Assembly (NCBI GenBank): GCA_964359165.1
Contig: CAYHRV010000017.1
Span: 1-24,809 of the forward strand
Length of the DNA: 24,809 nucleotides
Origin: an uncultured Elusimicrobia bacterium
GTDB taxonomy: Bacteria > Elusimicrobiota > Elusimicrobia > UBA1565
Direction: 5' to 3'
Position 1 is the stretch's first letter. The number at the start of each line of letters is the position of its first letter. Position numbers and translations under genes: made by a program. This document shows, one piece after another, positions 1 to 7,734 of this stretch. The notes under the pieces are model-generated. The model ran no database searches and was not told the origin of the DNA. It was given only the letters and a program-made list of their open reading frames with translations.

Positions 1-153
1 AGCTCCGGCCGCGACCACGCACAGCCCCAGGCCCGGAAAGGATTCCACCGCGCCCCGGACCAGCATCTCACCGCCCACGAACCCGAGAGTGCCCGGAAAA
101 CCCGTGAGCGCCAGCCCGAGGATCAGGAAACAGGCCGCGAGGACGGGCATCCT
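1..153 (-). CDS. 5' end of a membrane protein gene that continues beyond the window start; function unknown
   Basis: ATG at 153..151 with GGAGG about 8 nt upstream. Translation is MPVLAACFLILGLALTGFPGTLGFVGGEMLVRGAVESFPGLGL..., hydrophobic throughout. The LxGxPxxxGFxGxE pattern recalls antiporter-like NuoL/M/N or Mrp subunits but is not diagnostic. In-frame stops (TGATGA) lie about 60 codons upstream. Confidence 0.3.
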
Positions 154-322
154 CTCACAGCCTCCATGGAAGCGGTCCAGGCTCAGGCGTCCGCGCCGCG
201 CCTCCAGCACCAGGACGCAGCGCGTCAATGCGGCGAGAGCCAGACCCGAGGACACCCAGAGGACGAGAGCGCCGACCAAGGCCTCCCGGCTGGGGATATC
301 GAGCTCTCCCGCCCGGCGGATT

Positions 323-1900
323 TCAGCTGGCGAGGATCTTCTCGGCCTCTTCCTTGTCGAGGTCCATCATCATCCGGATGCCGCTGATCTTGGAGGCTTC
401 CGGGGTGAGGGCGGCGATGTCATCGCGCTTGAAATGCTCCAGGGAGAACTTGCGCGCGCCGCACATCATCTGGCGCAAGCCCTGGGAGATCCTCTCGAGG
501 TAGGTGTAGACGCCCAGGGCCCCGGGCGGCACCTTCTCGAAGTCCTTACCCAGCTTCTCCTTGAGCTCCGAGGCGCAAACGAAGACCTCCTCGACCGAAT
601 TGCCGAAGCGCCCCACGAACACCGGCATGTCGCCGGAAGCGATGCGCTTGCCGATGGTCTTGGCCACCATGGCCGCGGTCAGCGGCGCGCGCGCCATCTC
701 GATGGCCTTGAAGTACGGGGCTCCCATGGCTAACCCTTTGAACATCTGGTCCTCGAAGGCGAAGCCCCCCGCGATGGCGATGTGCGGGACGAACTCGCCG
801 CGCTTGGCGAGCTTGTCGGCGTACTGATAGAGCAGGGAGAAGAGCTCCACCGGCGGCACGCCCCACTCGTTCATCATGCGCCAGGGGCTCATGCCCGTCC
901 CGCCTCCGGCGGCGTCGACGGTGAGCAGGTCGATCTTCCCCTTGGAGGAGAACTTGATGGCGCGCGCCAGGTCCGCCGGGCGATAGGCCCCGGTCTTGAG
1001 GAAGACGTGCTTGGCCCCGCAGTCGCGCAGTTCCTTGACGCGCTTGAGGAAGCCTTCCTCGCTGACCATCCCGACCCGGGAGTGCCTCTCGAACTCCTTG
1101 AAGGAGCCGCGGTCGAAGGCCTTGATGGTGCTCGGGGAGGCCGGGTCGGGGAGCACGATATAGCCGCGGTCCTTGAGTATCTGGGCCTTCTTGAGGCTCC
1201 CGATCTTCACCTCGCCGCCGATGTTCTTGGCACCCTGCCCCCACTTGAGCTCCACGGTGTCCACGCCCAGCTTGCTCACGGCGTACTCCTGCACGCCCAG
1301 GCGGCCGTCCTCCACGTTGGCCTGCACGACCACGGTCCCGTAGCCGTCCTGCCAGTCCTTGAAGAGCTTGACCCGGCGCGCGAGCTCCGGGGAGGAGACG
1401 ACGCGGCCCTTGACGATCTCGGCGTCCATGTCCATGCCGCAGACGTTCTCGCCGATGGTCAGGATGACGCCGGAGAGAGCCGCGCCCACCGCCAGCCCCT
1501 CCCAGTTCTTGGCCGCGATGTCGGTGGATCCCAGGCCGCCGAAGACCACGGGCAGGCGCACCTTCACCCCGGGGTTGTGCCCCAGGCGGGTCTCCAGCCG
1601 GACGTTGGGGAAGAGGGCCTTGTCGCTGTCGGCCTCGATGCCGTGCGCGCCCACGGCCCCGCCCATGATCTGGAAATGGGAGAGGTCCACGGGGTAGGAT
1701 TTCTCGGAGGCCGTGGTGATGATGCCGAAGGGTTGCGGGTAGATGACCTCGCTGCCGCGCAGGGCGGATTTGCCCACCTCGCACATGCCCACGCACCCGT
1801 CCACGCAGGTCACGCAGAGCCCGCTGTTGGGGGTGACGGACCCCACGGTCCGGTTCTTGGTCAAAGTCGCCGCCGTCGCGTTGTATTTGCTGTAGGCCAT
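323..1900 (-). CDS. FMN/Fe-S flavoprotein of the glutamate synthase large-subunit domain-2 (GltB FMN-binding) family
   Basis: 525 aa ORF. N-terminal Cys cluster CVTCVDGCVGMC. The central and C-terminal region (GGTGMSP, AIAGGF, Gly-rich stretches) matches the TIM-barrel FMN domain of glutamate synthase-related proteins. It is last in the co-directional array after the NuoEF-like genes. Confidence 0.75.
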   Translation of the reverse strand: MAYSKYNATAATLTKNRTVGSVTPNSGLCVTCVDGCVGMCEVGKSALRGSEVIYPQPFGIITTASEKSYPVDLSHFQIMGGAVGAHGIEADSDKALFPNVRLETRLGHNPGVKVRLPVVFGGLGSTDIAAKNWEGLAVGAALSGVILTIGENVCGMDMDAEIVKGRVVSSPELARRVKLFKDWQDGYGTVVVQANVEDGRLGVQEYAVSKLGVDTVELKWGQGAKNIGGEVKIGSLKKAQILKDRGYIVLPDPASPSTIKAFDRGSFKEFERHSRVGMVSEEGFLKRVKELRDCGAKHVFLKTGAYRPADLARAIKFSSKGKIDLLTVDAAGGGTGMSPWRMMNEWGVPPVELFSLLYQYADKLAKRGEFVPHIAIAGGFAFEDQMFKGLAMGAPYFKAIEMARAPLTAAMVAKTIGKRIASGDMPVFVGRFGNSVEEVFVCASELKEKLGKDFEKVPPGALGVYTYLERISQGLRQMMCGARKFSLEHFKRDDIAALTPEASKISGIRMMMDLDKEEAEKILAS

Positions 1901-1904
1901 GTCA

Positions 1905-1927
1905 GCATTCCCCCCGCGGGGGAATGC
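1905..1927 (-). promoter_or_regulatory. GC-clamped stem-loop (10-bp stem, 3-nt loop) ending 5 nt upstream of the GltB-like start codon
   Basis: Plus strand reads GCATTCCCCC-CGC-GGGGGAATGC, which can pair perfectly. It lies between the stop of the upstream gene (1997) and the ATG at 1900. Confidence 0.5.
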
Positions 1928-1996
1928 TCGTGGAGGGGCGTTGTTGCCGTTTCATAAGCCCCTTCCTTATTATTCCCTTTCCGCGATGTATTTTCT

Positions 1997-2668
1997 TCAT
2001 TTTCGTATGCAGGTTCCGCAACTGCCGGTCGTCCCCATGTAGCACATCAAGTCATCGTGCGGTTCCACGCAGGTCGGCTGGACGCTCATGCAGGAGCCGC
2101 AGATGTCCGTCGGCGGCTTGGGGCCGTGGCAGCGCAGGGTGCAGGCCGGGCAGACATACATGCAGCCTCCGCAGCGCCGGCAGCTCTGCGAGGGCTTGTC
2201 GAAAGGGGTGGTGATGCGCCGCTTGGCGCCGCGGCCCACGAAGTCGATGGCCCCGGCCATCATCTGCTCCTTGCACATGCGCACGCAGAGCCCGCAGAGC
2301 ACGCACTCCTCGTCGCGCGGAGGGAAGCGCTGGCGGCCGACGCCCATGAGCGCGGCCAGGTCCTGCAGGACCTTGGAGTTGGGGGCCGTGGAGAGCATGA
2401 GCTCCACGAGCATGCGCCGCGTCTTGAGCACCCGGCGCGAGCCCGTGCGCACGAAGAGCCCTTCCTCCGCCGGATAAGTGCAGGAGCTCACCAGGCGGCC
2501 CCGCTCCCCCTTGCCGATCTCGACTACGCAGAGGCGGCAGCCCCCGTAGGGCGTGAGGCCGTCCATGTGGCAGAGCGTGGGGATCTCCAGCCCCAGGAAG
2601 CGCGCGGCCTCCAGGACCGTGGTCCCGGGCTCCACCGACACATCCAACCCGTCTATTCGCAGATTCAT
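1997..2668 (-). CDS. 2Fe-2S plus two 4Fe-4S iron-sulfur protein resembling the N-terminal domains of NuoG/HndD/FdsA
   Basis: 223 aa. Plant-type 2Fe-2S pattern C-x10-C-x2-C-x13-C near the N-terminus, followed by CVLCGLCVRMC and CRRCGGCMYVCP 4Fe-4S motifs. No catalytic (molybdopterin or H-cluster) domain follows. Confidence 0.75.
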   Translation of the reverse strand: MNLRIDGLDVSVEPGTTVLEAARFLGLEIPTLCHMDGLTPYGGCRLCVVEIGKGERGRLVSSCTYPAEEGLFVRTGSRRVLKTRRMLVELMLSTAPNSKVLQDLAALMGVGRQRFPPRDEECVLCGLCVRMCKEQMMAGAIDFVGRGAKRRITTPFDKPSQSCRRCGGCMYVCPACTLRCHGPKPPTDICGSCMSVQPTCVEPHDDLMCYMGTTGSCGTCIRK

Positions 2669-2673
2669 ATCTC

Positions 2674-2698
2674 AGCGGCCCCCTCGCAGGGGGCTGCT
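2674..2698 (-). promoter_or_regulatory. Stem-loop (10 bp with one G-U pair, 5-nt loop) ending 6 nt upstream of the start codon at 2668
   Basis: Plus strand AGCGGCCCCC-TCGCA-GGGGGCTGCT, in the intercistronic gap between the NuoF-like stop and the NuoG-like start. Confidence 0.45.
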
Positions 2699-2739
2699 TC
2701 CTTCGGGGTGCGGGATCCGTTTCATCAGACGGTCCGTTT

Positions 2740-4656
2740 TCATATGACAAAAACCGCCTTGCTCTTGCAGACCTCCGCGCAGATGCCGCAGCGAATGCAA
2801 AGGGAATCGTCGACGCGGTGCGGCTTCTTCAACTCGCCGGAGATCGCCTTCTGCGGGCACTCCTTCTTGCAGAGCAGACAGCCGACGCAATGCTCCTCAT
2901 CGATGACGTAGCGGATGAGCGCCTTGCAGACCCCGGCGGTGCAGCGCTTGTCGCGGATGTGCGTCTCGTATTCCTTGCGGAAGTAGCGCAATGTGCTCAG
3001 CACCGGGTTGGCCGCGGTCTGTCCCAAGCCGCAGAGCGAGCTGTCCTTGACCACGGCCCCCAACTCCTCCAAGAGGGCGAGGTCCCCCTCCTTGCCCTTG
3101 CCCTCGCAGATGCGGTCGACGATCTCCCACATGCGCTGGGTGCCCTCGCGGCAGGGAAGGCATTTCCCGCAGGACTCCTCGCGCAGGAAGTTGAGGAAAT
3201 ACCGGGAGATGTCCACCATGCAGGTGGAATGGTCCATCACGATCATGCCGCCGGACCCCATGATGGAGCCGGCCTTGGCCAGGCTCTCGTAGTCCACCGG
3301 CAGGTCGAGGAGCTGCCGGGGCAGACAGCCTCCGCTGGGGCCGCCGGTCTGCACGGCCTTGAATTCCCCTTCGCCCCGGATGCCGCCGCCCACGCCGAAG
3401 ATGATGTCGCGCAGCGTGGTCCCTACGGGGACCTCGACGAGCCCGGTATTGACGACTTTCCCGACCAGCGAGAATATCTTGGTTCCGCCGCTCTCGGGCG
3501 TCCCGATCCGGCAAAACCAATGGCCGCCGCGCCGGATGATGAGGGGGATGTTGGCCCAGGTCTCCACGTTGTTGATGTTGGTGGGCTTGCCCCATAGTCC
3601 CCGCACCGCGGGGAAAGGCGGGCGCTGGCGCGGTTCGCCCCTGCGGCCTTCCAGCGAGGCGATGAGAGCCGTCTCCTCGCCGCACACGAAGGCGCCGGCT
3701 CCGCGCTCGATGTGGATGTCGAAATCGAACTTGGAGCCGAGGATGCCCTTGCCCAGCAGGCCGCGCTCGCGGGCCTGTTCCACAGCCAGGCGCACGTGCT
3801 TGACGGCGAGGGGATACTCGTAGCGCACATAGACGAAGCCCTCGGAGGCCCCGATGGCGTACGCGCCGATGATCATGCCCTCCAGAACAGAATGGGGGTT
3901 TCCCTCCAGCACGCTTCGGTCCATGTACGCGCCGGGGTCGCCCTCGTCCGCGTTGCAGACCACGTATTTGACCTCGCTCTTGGCCCTGCGGCAGAACTCC
4001 CATTTAAAGCCCGTCGGAAATCCCGCGCCGCCCCGTCCCCGGAGCTTGGCTTTCTTGACCTCACCGATGACGGCGTCCGGGGTCAGCTCATGCAGGGCCT
4101 TGGCCAAGGCCTGGTACCCACCCAGGGCGAGGTAACCCTCGATGTCGGAGGGGTCGACGAGGTCGTTGGCGCGCGTGATCTGCCTGCGCTGGAGCTTATA
4201 GAAAGGGATGTCGCTGGCGAAACGGACCGTCTGCCCGGTGTTGGGGTCCTTATAGAGGAGTTCCTCGATGACGTTGTTGCGCAGGATGGTCTCCGAGAGT
4301 ATCTCCTTGGCGTTCTCGGGCTTGACTCTCTGATACAGGATGCCGAGAGGGTCGACCTGGACGATGGGCTCTATGTCGCAGAAACCCTGGCAGCCCGTGG
4401 ACTGGATTAGGACGCGGCCCTCGAGTCCGAGGGCGGCGGCCTGCTCCTTGAGCGCGGAGGCGAGCTCCATGGCCCCTTTGGCCAAGCCGCAGGTGCCGCA
4501 CGAGACGGTCAGGGTGAAAGCGTAAGCTTCGCGCTCGCGCAGGATGCGCTCGCGCTCGCGGGAAAGCGCCTGCGGCCCGGAGAGCCTCTTCTCGGGTTTC
4601 TCCCCTCCGGGTCGGCGGCCGGCGCGGGCCTCAGTGCGCTTTAAAGAAAGTGCCAT
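2740..4656 (-). CDS. NuoF/HndC/HydB-type NAD(P)H-binding flavoprotein (51 kDa family) with an N-terminal thioredoxin-like 2Fe-2S domain and a C-terminal 2x[4Fe-4S] ferredoxin domain
   Basis: GGAGFPTGFKWEF NADH/FMN motifs, SCGKCLPCREG 4Fe-4S motif, and C-terminal CVGCLLCKKECP / CIRCGICAEVC. The track ORF extends to 4899, but the arginine-rich N-terminal extension is implausible. The in-frame ATG at 4656..4654 gives a NuoE-like N-domain (STGCQGFCDIEP) with the expected spacing, and overlaps the upstream gene by 26 nt. Confidence 0.85.
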   Translation of the reverse strand: MALSLKRTEARAGRRPGGEKPEKRLSGPQALSRERERILREREAYAFTLTVSCGTCGLAKGAMELASALKEQAAALGLEGRVLIQSTGCQGFCDIEPIVQVDPLGILYQRVKPENAKEILSETILRNNVIEELLYKDPNTGQTVRFASDIPFYKLQRRQITRANDLVDPSDIEGYLALGGYQALAKALHELTPDAVIGEVKKAKLRGRGGAGFPTGFKWEFCRRAKSEVKYVVCNADEGDPGAYMDRSVLEGNPHSVLEGMIIGAYAIGASEGFVYVRYEYPLAVKHVRLAVEQARERGLLGKGILGSKFDFDIHIERGAGAFVCGEETALIASLEGRRGEPRQRPPFPAVRGLWGKPTNINNVETWANIPLIIRRGGHWFCRIGTPESGGTKIFSLVGKVVNTGLVEVPVGTTLRDIIFGVGGGIRGEGEFKAVQTGGPSGGCLPRQLLDLPVDYESLAKAGSIMGSGGMIVMDHSTCMVDISRYFLNFLREESCGKCLPCREGTQRMWEIVDRICEGKGKEGDLALLEELGAVVKDSSLCGLGQTAANPVLSTLRYFRKEYETHIRDKRCTAGVCKALIRYVIDEEHCVGCLLCKKECPQKAISGELKKPHRVDDSLCIRCGICAEVCKSKAVFVI

Positions 4657-5038
4657 ACTTTTCGTAGAAGGTCTTGAGCTCCAGGTCCGGGTCCTCGAAT
4701 TCGATGAGGTGCTTCTTGCACCCCCGGCGTGAGCAGATCTGTATCGTCCCCCCCTCCGCCAAGGAGAACGCCACCATGGGCGCCTGGCAGATCTCGCAGT
4801 TCCTGGAGCTTTTGAGCCCTTCCTTGCAGTGGGGACAGAACAGGTCGCCGATCTTCCCGTCGGGGCAGACGATGTCCATCTCGACCTTGTAGCTCCCATA
4901 GAGCGAGCTCATGTGGAGCTTCCCCTTCTTCTTGCCGTAGCGGATCTCCACGGTGATGGCGGGGTGGTTGTCGATCTTGCGTTTGGAGTCCATCAAGGAC
5001 TCCGCGCACAGCGGGCACTTGAGTTCGACTTCGATCAT
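4631..5038 (-). CDS. Small Cys-rich (zinc-ribbon/rubredoxin-like) protein of unknown function
   Basis: 135 aa, 9 Cys arranged as CPLC..CPDG..CPHC..CEIC..CSRRGC. Lys-rich and noticeably lower GC than its neighbours. Its ATG overlaps the NuoE-like stop (ATGA), and its 3' end overlaps the NuoF-like start. Confidence 0.55.
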   Translation of the reverse strand: MIEVELKCPLCAESLMDSKRKIDNHPAITVEIRYGKKKGKLHMSSLYGSYKVEMDIVCPDGKIGDLFCPHCKEGLKSSRNCEICQAPMVAFSLAEGGTIQICSRRGCKKHLIEFEDPDLELKTFYEKYGTFFKAH

Positions 5039-5529
5039 TTCTTCGGCGCCTCCGATCTCTTGGCGAGCTTGCGCGCTCCCTGCGGGGTGACCTGGCCGTG
5101 ATATTTCCCGTCGGTGACGAGGACGGGGCCGATGGCGCAGCAGCCCAGGCAGTTGACGGTCTCCAGGGAGTATTCCCCGTCCCCCGTGGTCTCGCCGGGC
5201 CGGACGCCGAGCATTCGGCTGAGCTCGTCGACGACGCGGGTCACGCCGCGCACGTGGCAGGCCGTGCCGATGCAGGCGGTCAGAGTGTGGCGGCCCGGCT
5301 TGGTCAGACGGAACATCTTGTAGAAAGTGGCCACGCCATAGATCTCGGTGATCGGCGCGTCGAGGAACTGGGCCACCTGCCGCAGAGCCTCCTCCGGAAG
5401 ATAACCGAGCTCCTCCTGGATGTCCTGCAGGATGGAGATGAGCTCCCGCGAAAGGCCTTTATAGCGCCCCAGGATCGAATCGAGCTGTTTATCTCCCGAT
5501 TTAAACGGCTTTTTCAAGACAGTTTTCAT
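5035..5529 (-). CDS. NuoE/HoxE/HndA-type thioredoxin-like 2Fe-2S subunit (24 kDa family)
   Basis: 164 aa. CIGTACHVRG....CLGCCAIGP four-Cys pattern and overall NuoE-like sequence. Confidence 0.85.
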   Translation of the reverse strand: MKTVLKKPFKSGDKQLDSILGRYKGLSRELISILQDIQEELGYLPEEALRQVAQFLDAPITEIYGVATFYKMFRLTKPGRHTLTACIGTACHVRGVTRVVDELSRMLGVRPGETTGDGEYSLETVNCLGCCAIGPVLVTDGKYHGQVTPQGARKLAKRSEAPKK

Positions 5530-5587
5530 CGAACCATTAAGAAAGCAACAAAACCGCCAAACCCTCTCAGCAACGAGGTCTCTCCAT

Positions 5588-6943
5588 TCAGGCGATTATT
5601 TCTATTGGATGGCCCTTTCTTGAGACCTTTCCGGCGGACCTGGCCGCGAGGAGCGGATCATCAGACTCCATCCCCTCGCGCAGTTCCCAAACGGTAAGCA
5701 TCGGAAGGATGCGAGTGAAGAGCAGAAAGACCAAGAGGAATCCAGCGGCCCACCCCAGGGTGACGGACCATTCCACCCAGGAGGGGCTGTAATGGCCGGG
5801 CCCCCAGGGAAGGAAGGGCCTCGCGCCCGAAGGCACGATGATGGTGTATCTCTCCAACCACATCCCGAGATTCACGGAAAGACCGGCCCATAACAATCGG
5901 CTCTCCAGGGTGCCGATCCGGAAGGCCAGCAAAGGGAATGGGATGGCGAGGCAGAAGATGAGCATGCCCCAGAACCCCGGACCGAATTCTCCGCTCAGCT
6001 TGGCCTGGAACACTTCCATCTCCGCGGCATGCTGTCCATAGAAAGTGGTCAGGAGCTCCACGAAAGTGAAATATCCCCAGAAACAGCAGACCGCCAGGAA
6101 GAATTTTCGCAGGGCCTCGAATTCCGCCTCTCGGATGGCCCATTGGAAGCCGAACGATTTCCGCAGAAGCACCGCGATGGCGGCGAGTCCTCCGAGTCCC
6201 TGGAACGCGGCCCCGATGACGAAATAGGGGCCGATGGCGGCGGAATGCCAGCCGGGCTTGGTCGTCATGCCGAAGATGAATCCGACGTTGGTATGCACCG
6301 AGATGACGAGCGCGAGCAGAACGATGGAAAGGATGCTCATGAGCCGGTGATGGAGCCTCTCCTGGGCTTGGGTTCCCGTCCAGTCCAGGGCCGCCCAGCG
6401 GTAGAATCCACGCTGCCAGGCCGGGACGCCCTGGAGTCGGTCCCGGCAGAGAGCGAAGTCCGGGACGAGCGCGAGGTAGAAGTACAAACAGGACATGAGC
6501 AGATAGGTGGAGATGCACAGCACGTCCCATAGGATCGGCGAGGTCAGATGCGGATAGAGGATGACGTTCAGAAAACGGTCCGGCCGGCCCAGGTCGATGA
6601 TGACGCTGCTAGCCGCGAAGAATAGGCTGGCGATGGTGATGGTCTCCGCTATGCGGGTGAAAGGCCGCCTCCAGGCCGCGTCGGTGATGCGCAGGATGGC
6701 GGAGATGAGCGTGCCCGCGTGCGAGACCCCGATAAAGAAGACGAAGTTGACGATGTAGACTCCCCAGAACACGGGGACGCCGAGCCCGGTGACTTTCAGG
6801 CCGTTGAACACCTGCCAGAGCCAGGCGAGCGCCCCCCAGAGGAACAGGCCGCCCAAGACGGCGGCCGCGATAAGGAAACCCCCTCCCGGCTTGCTCGTCA
6901 GCGGCCGGAGCACCTCCGTCTCCATCTCGTGGATATCCATCAA
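5588..6943 (-). CDS. NrfD/PsrC-family polytopic membrane subunit (quinone-interacting anchor of CISM-type complexes)
   Basis: 451 aa, many hydrophobic helices, family-typical length and composition. The ATGA overlap with the preceding Fe-S subunit stop mirrors psrABC, qrcABCD and act operon layouts. Confidence 0.8.
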   Translation of the reverse strand: MMDIHEMETEVLRPLTSKPGGGFLIAAAVLGGLFLWGALAWLWQVFNGLKVTGLGVPVFWGVYIVNFVFFIGVSHAGTLISAILRITDAAWRRPFTRIAETITIASLFFAASSVIIDLGRPDRFLNVILYPHLTSPILWDVLCISTYLLMSCLYFYLALVPDFALCRDRLQGVPAWQRGFYRWAALDWTGTQAQERLHHRLMSILSIVLLALVISVHTNVGFIFGMTTKPGWHSAAIGPYFVIGAAFQGLGGLAAIAVLLRKSFGFQWAIREAEFEALRKFFLAVCCFWGYFTFVELLTTFYGQHAAEMEVFQAKLSGEFGPGFWGMLIFCLAIPFPLLAFRIGTLESRLLWAGLSVNLGMWLERYTIIVPSGARPFLPWGPGHYSPSWVEWSVTLGWAAGFLLVFLLFTRILPMLTVWELREGMESDDPLLAARSAGKVSRKGHPIEIIA

Positions 6944-7734
6944 CCCTCCCGCAGATAGATCACCTTCGGCTTGGTGCCGAGGTCTTCGAGCATTCGATAC
7001 GCCCGGTGGTCGAGCGAGGCGCGGGACACCTCGCTGCGCGGGTCATGGAGGTCCCCGAAGAGTATCGCCTGGGCCGGACAGGCCTCGACGCAGGCCGGCA
7101 CATAGTCCCCCGGCCGAAGGTCCCGGCCTTCGGAGCGGGTCTTGTCCCGAGCCCTCTGAAGCCGATGGTGGCAGAAGAGGCATTTCTCCACCACCCCTTT
7201 TTCCCGGAGCGAGACGTCCGGATTGGGCGCGAAACCGCCTTCTCCCGGCCATTGGGGGTCTCCCCAATTGAAGAACTTGCAGGTGTAGGGGCAGGCGTTG
7301 ACGCAATAACGGCAGCCGATACATCGGTCGTAGACCTGGCCTACGATGCCCTCCGGGCTGAGAAAGGTCGCCGAGGTGGGACACACCCGTGTGCAGGGCG
7401 GATTGTCGCACTGCTGGCAGGGCATGGGGATGAGACTGCGCCGCACCCGGTCGCCCTCCACCTCGGTGGTAGGGAGTATCTTCAGCCAGCGTATGACCCT
7501 GCCCAGCGCCGCCTCCCGAGGCCCCCCCGGCATCTGGTTGTTCTCGACCGCGCAGCTCACCATGCAGGCCCCGCACGCGGTGCACTTGTCGAGATCGATG
7601 ACCATGCCCCATCTATGGCCGGCCGCCTGGGCTCCATGTCCCGCGGGCGCTGAGTCGGCCGCGGAGAACAGGGAGGAGAAGGCCCGCAGCACCGTTCCCA
7701 AGAAGTTCCTGCGGCCAGCGGGTTCAGGCCGCAT
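6940..7734 (-). CDS. Tat-exported 4x[4Fe-4S] ferredoxin-type subunit (PsrB/NrfC/QrcC/ActB2-like)
   Basis: Twin-arginine motif GRRNFLGTVL. Multiple Fe-S motifs: CTACGACMVSC, CQQCDNPPCTRVCP, CIGCRYCVNACP, CLFCHHR...C. Confidence 0.85.
   Translation of the reverse strand: MRPEPAGRRNFLGTVLRAFSSLFSAADSAPAGHGAQAAGHRWGMVIDLDKCTACGACMVSCAVENNQMPGGPREAALGRVIRWLKILPTTEVEGDRVRRSLIPMPCQQCDNPPCTRVCPTSATFLSPEGIVGQVYDRCIGCRYCVNACPYTCKFFNWGDPQWPGEGGFAPNPDVSLREKGVVEKCLFCHHRLQRARDKTRSEGRDLRPGDYVPACVEACPAQAILFGDLHDPRSEVSRASLDHRAYRMLEDLGTKPKVIYLREG

Noticed and set aside
89-1957. Plus-strand ORFs 89..733 and 782..1957 (214 and 391 aa), and minus-strand alternate-frame ORF 546..1796
   Set aside because: They are Arg/Gly/Pro-rich, low-complexity, and lie entirely antisense to or in an alternate frame of the well-supported GltB-like gene. 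This is typical of spurious ORFs in ~70% GC DNA.
1940-1957. Upstream ATG with an AAGGAAGGGG RBS that might extend the GltB-like protein by ~19 codons
   Set aside because: Careful counting of the C6/G5 run in the hairpin shows this ATG is out of frame with the 1900 start. It would only encode a short peptide ending inside the hairpin.
4657-4899. N-terminal 81-codon extension of the NuoF-like ORF given by the track
   Set aside because: The extension (RSRWTSSAPTGRSATCS...) is low-complexity and would overlap most of the upstream Cys-rich gene. The internal ATG at 4656 gives the expected NuoE-like N-domain spacing.
5530-5587. Possible attenuator or terminator in the AT-richer NrfD / NuoE-like spacer (GGCGGTTTTGTTGCTTTCTT)
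   Set aside because: Only a weak 4-bp stem (CCTC/GAGG) precedes the T-rich run. This is insufficient to call an intrinsic terminator, and it is more likely a simple spacer with a weak RBS.
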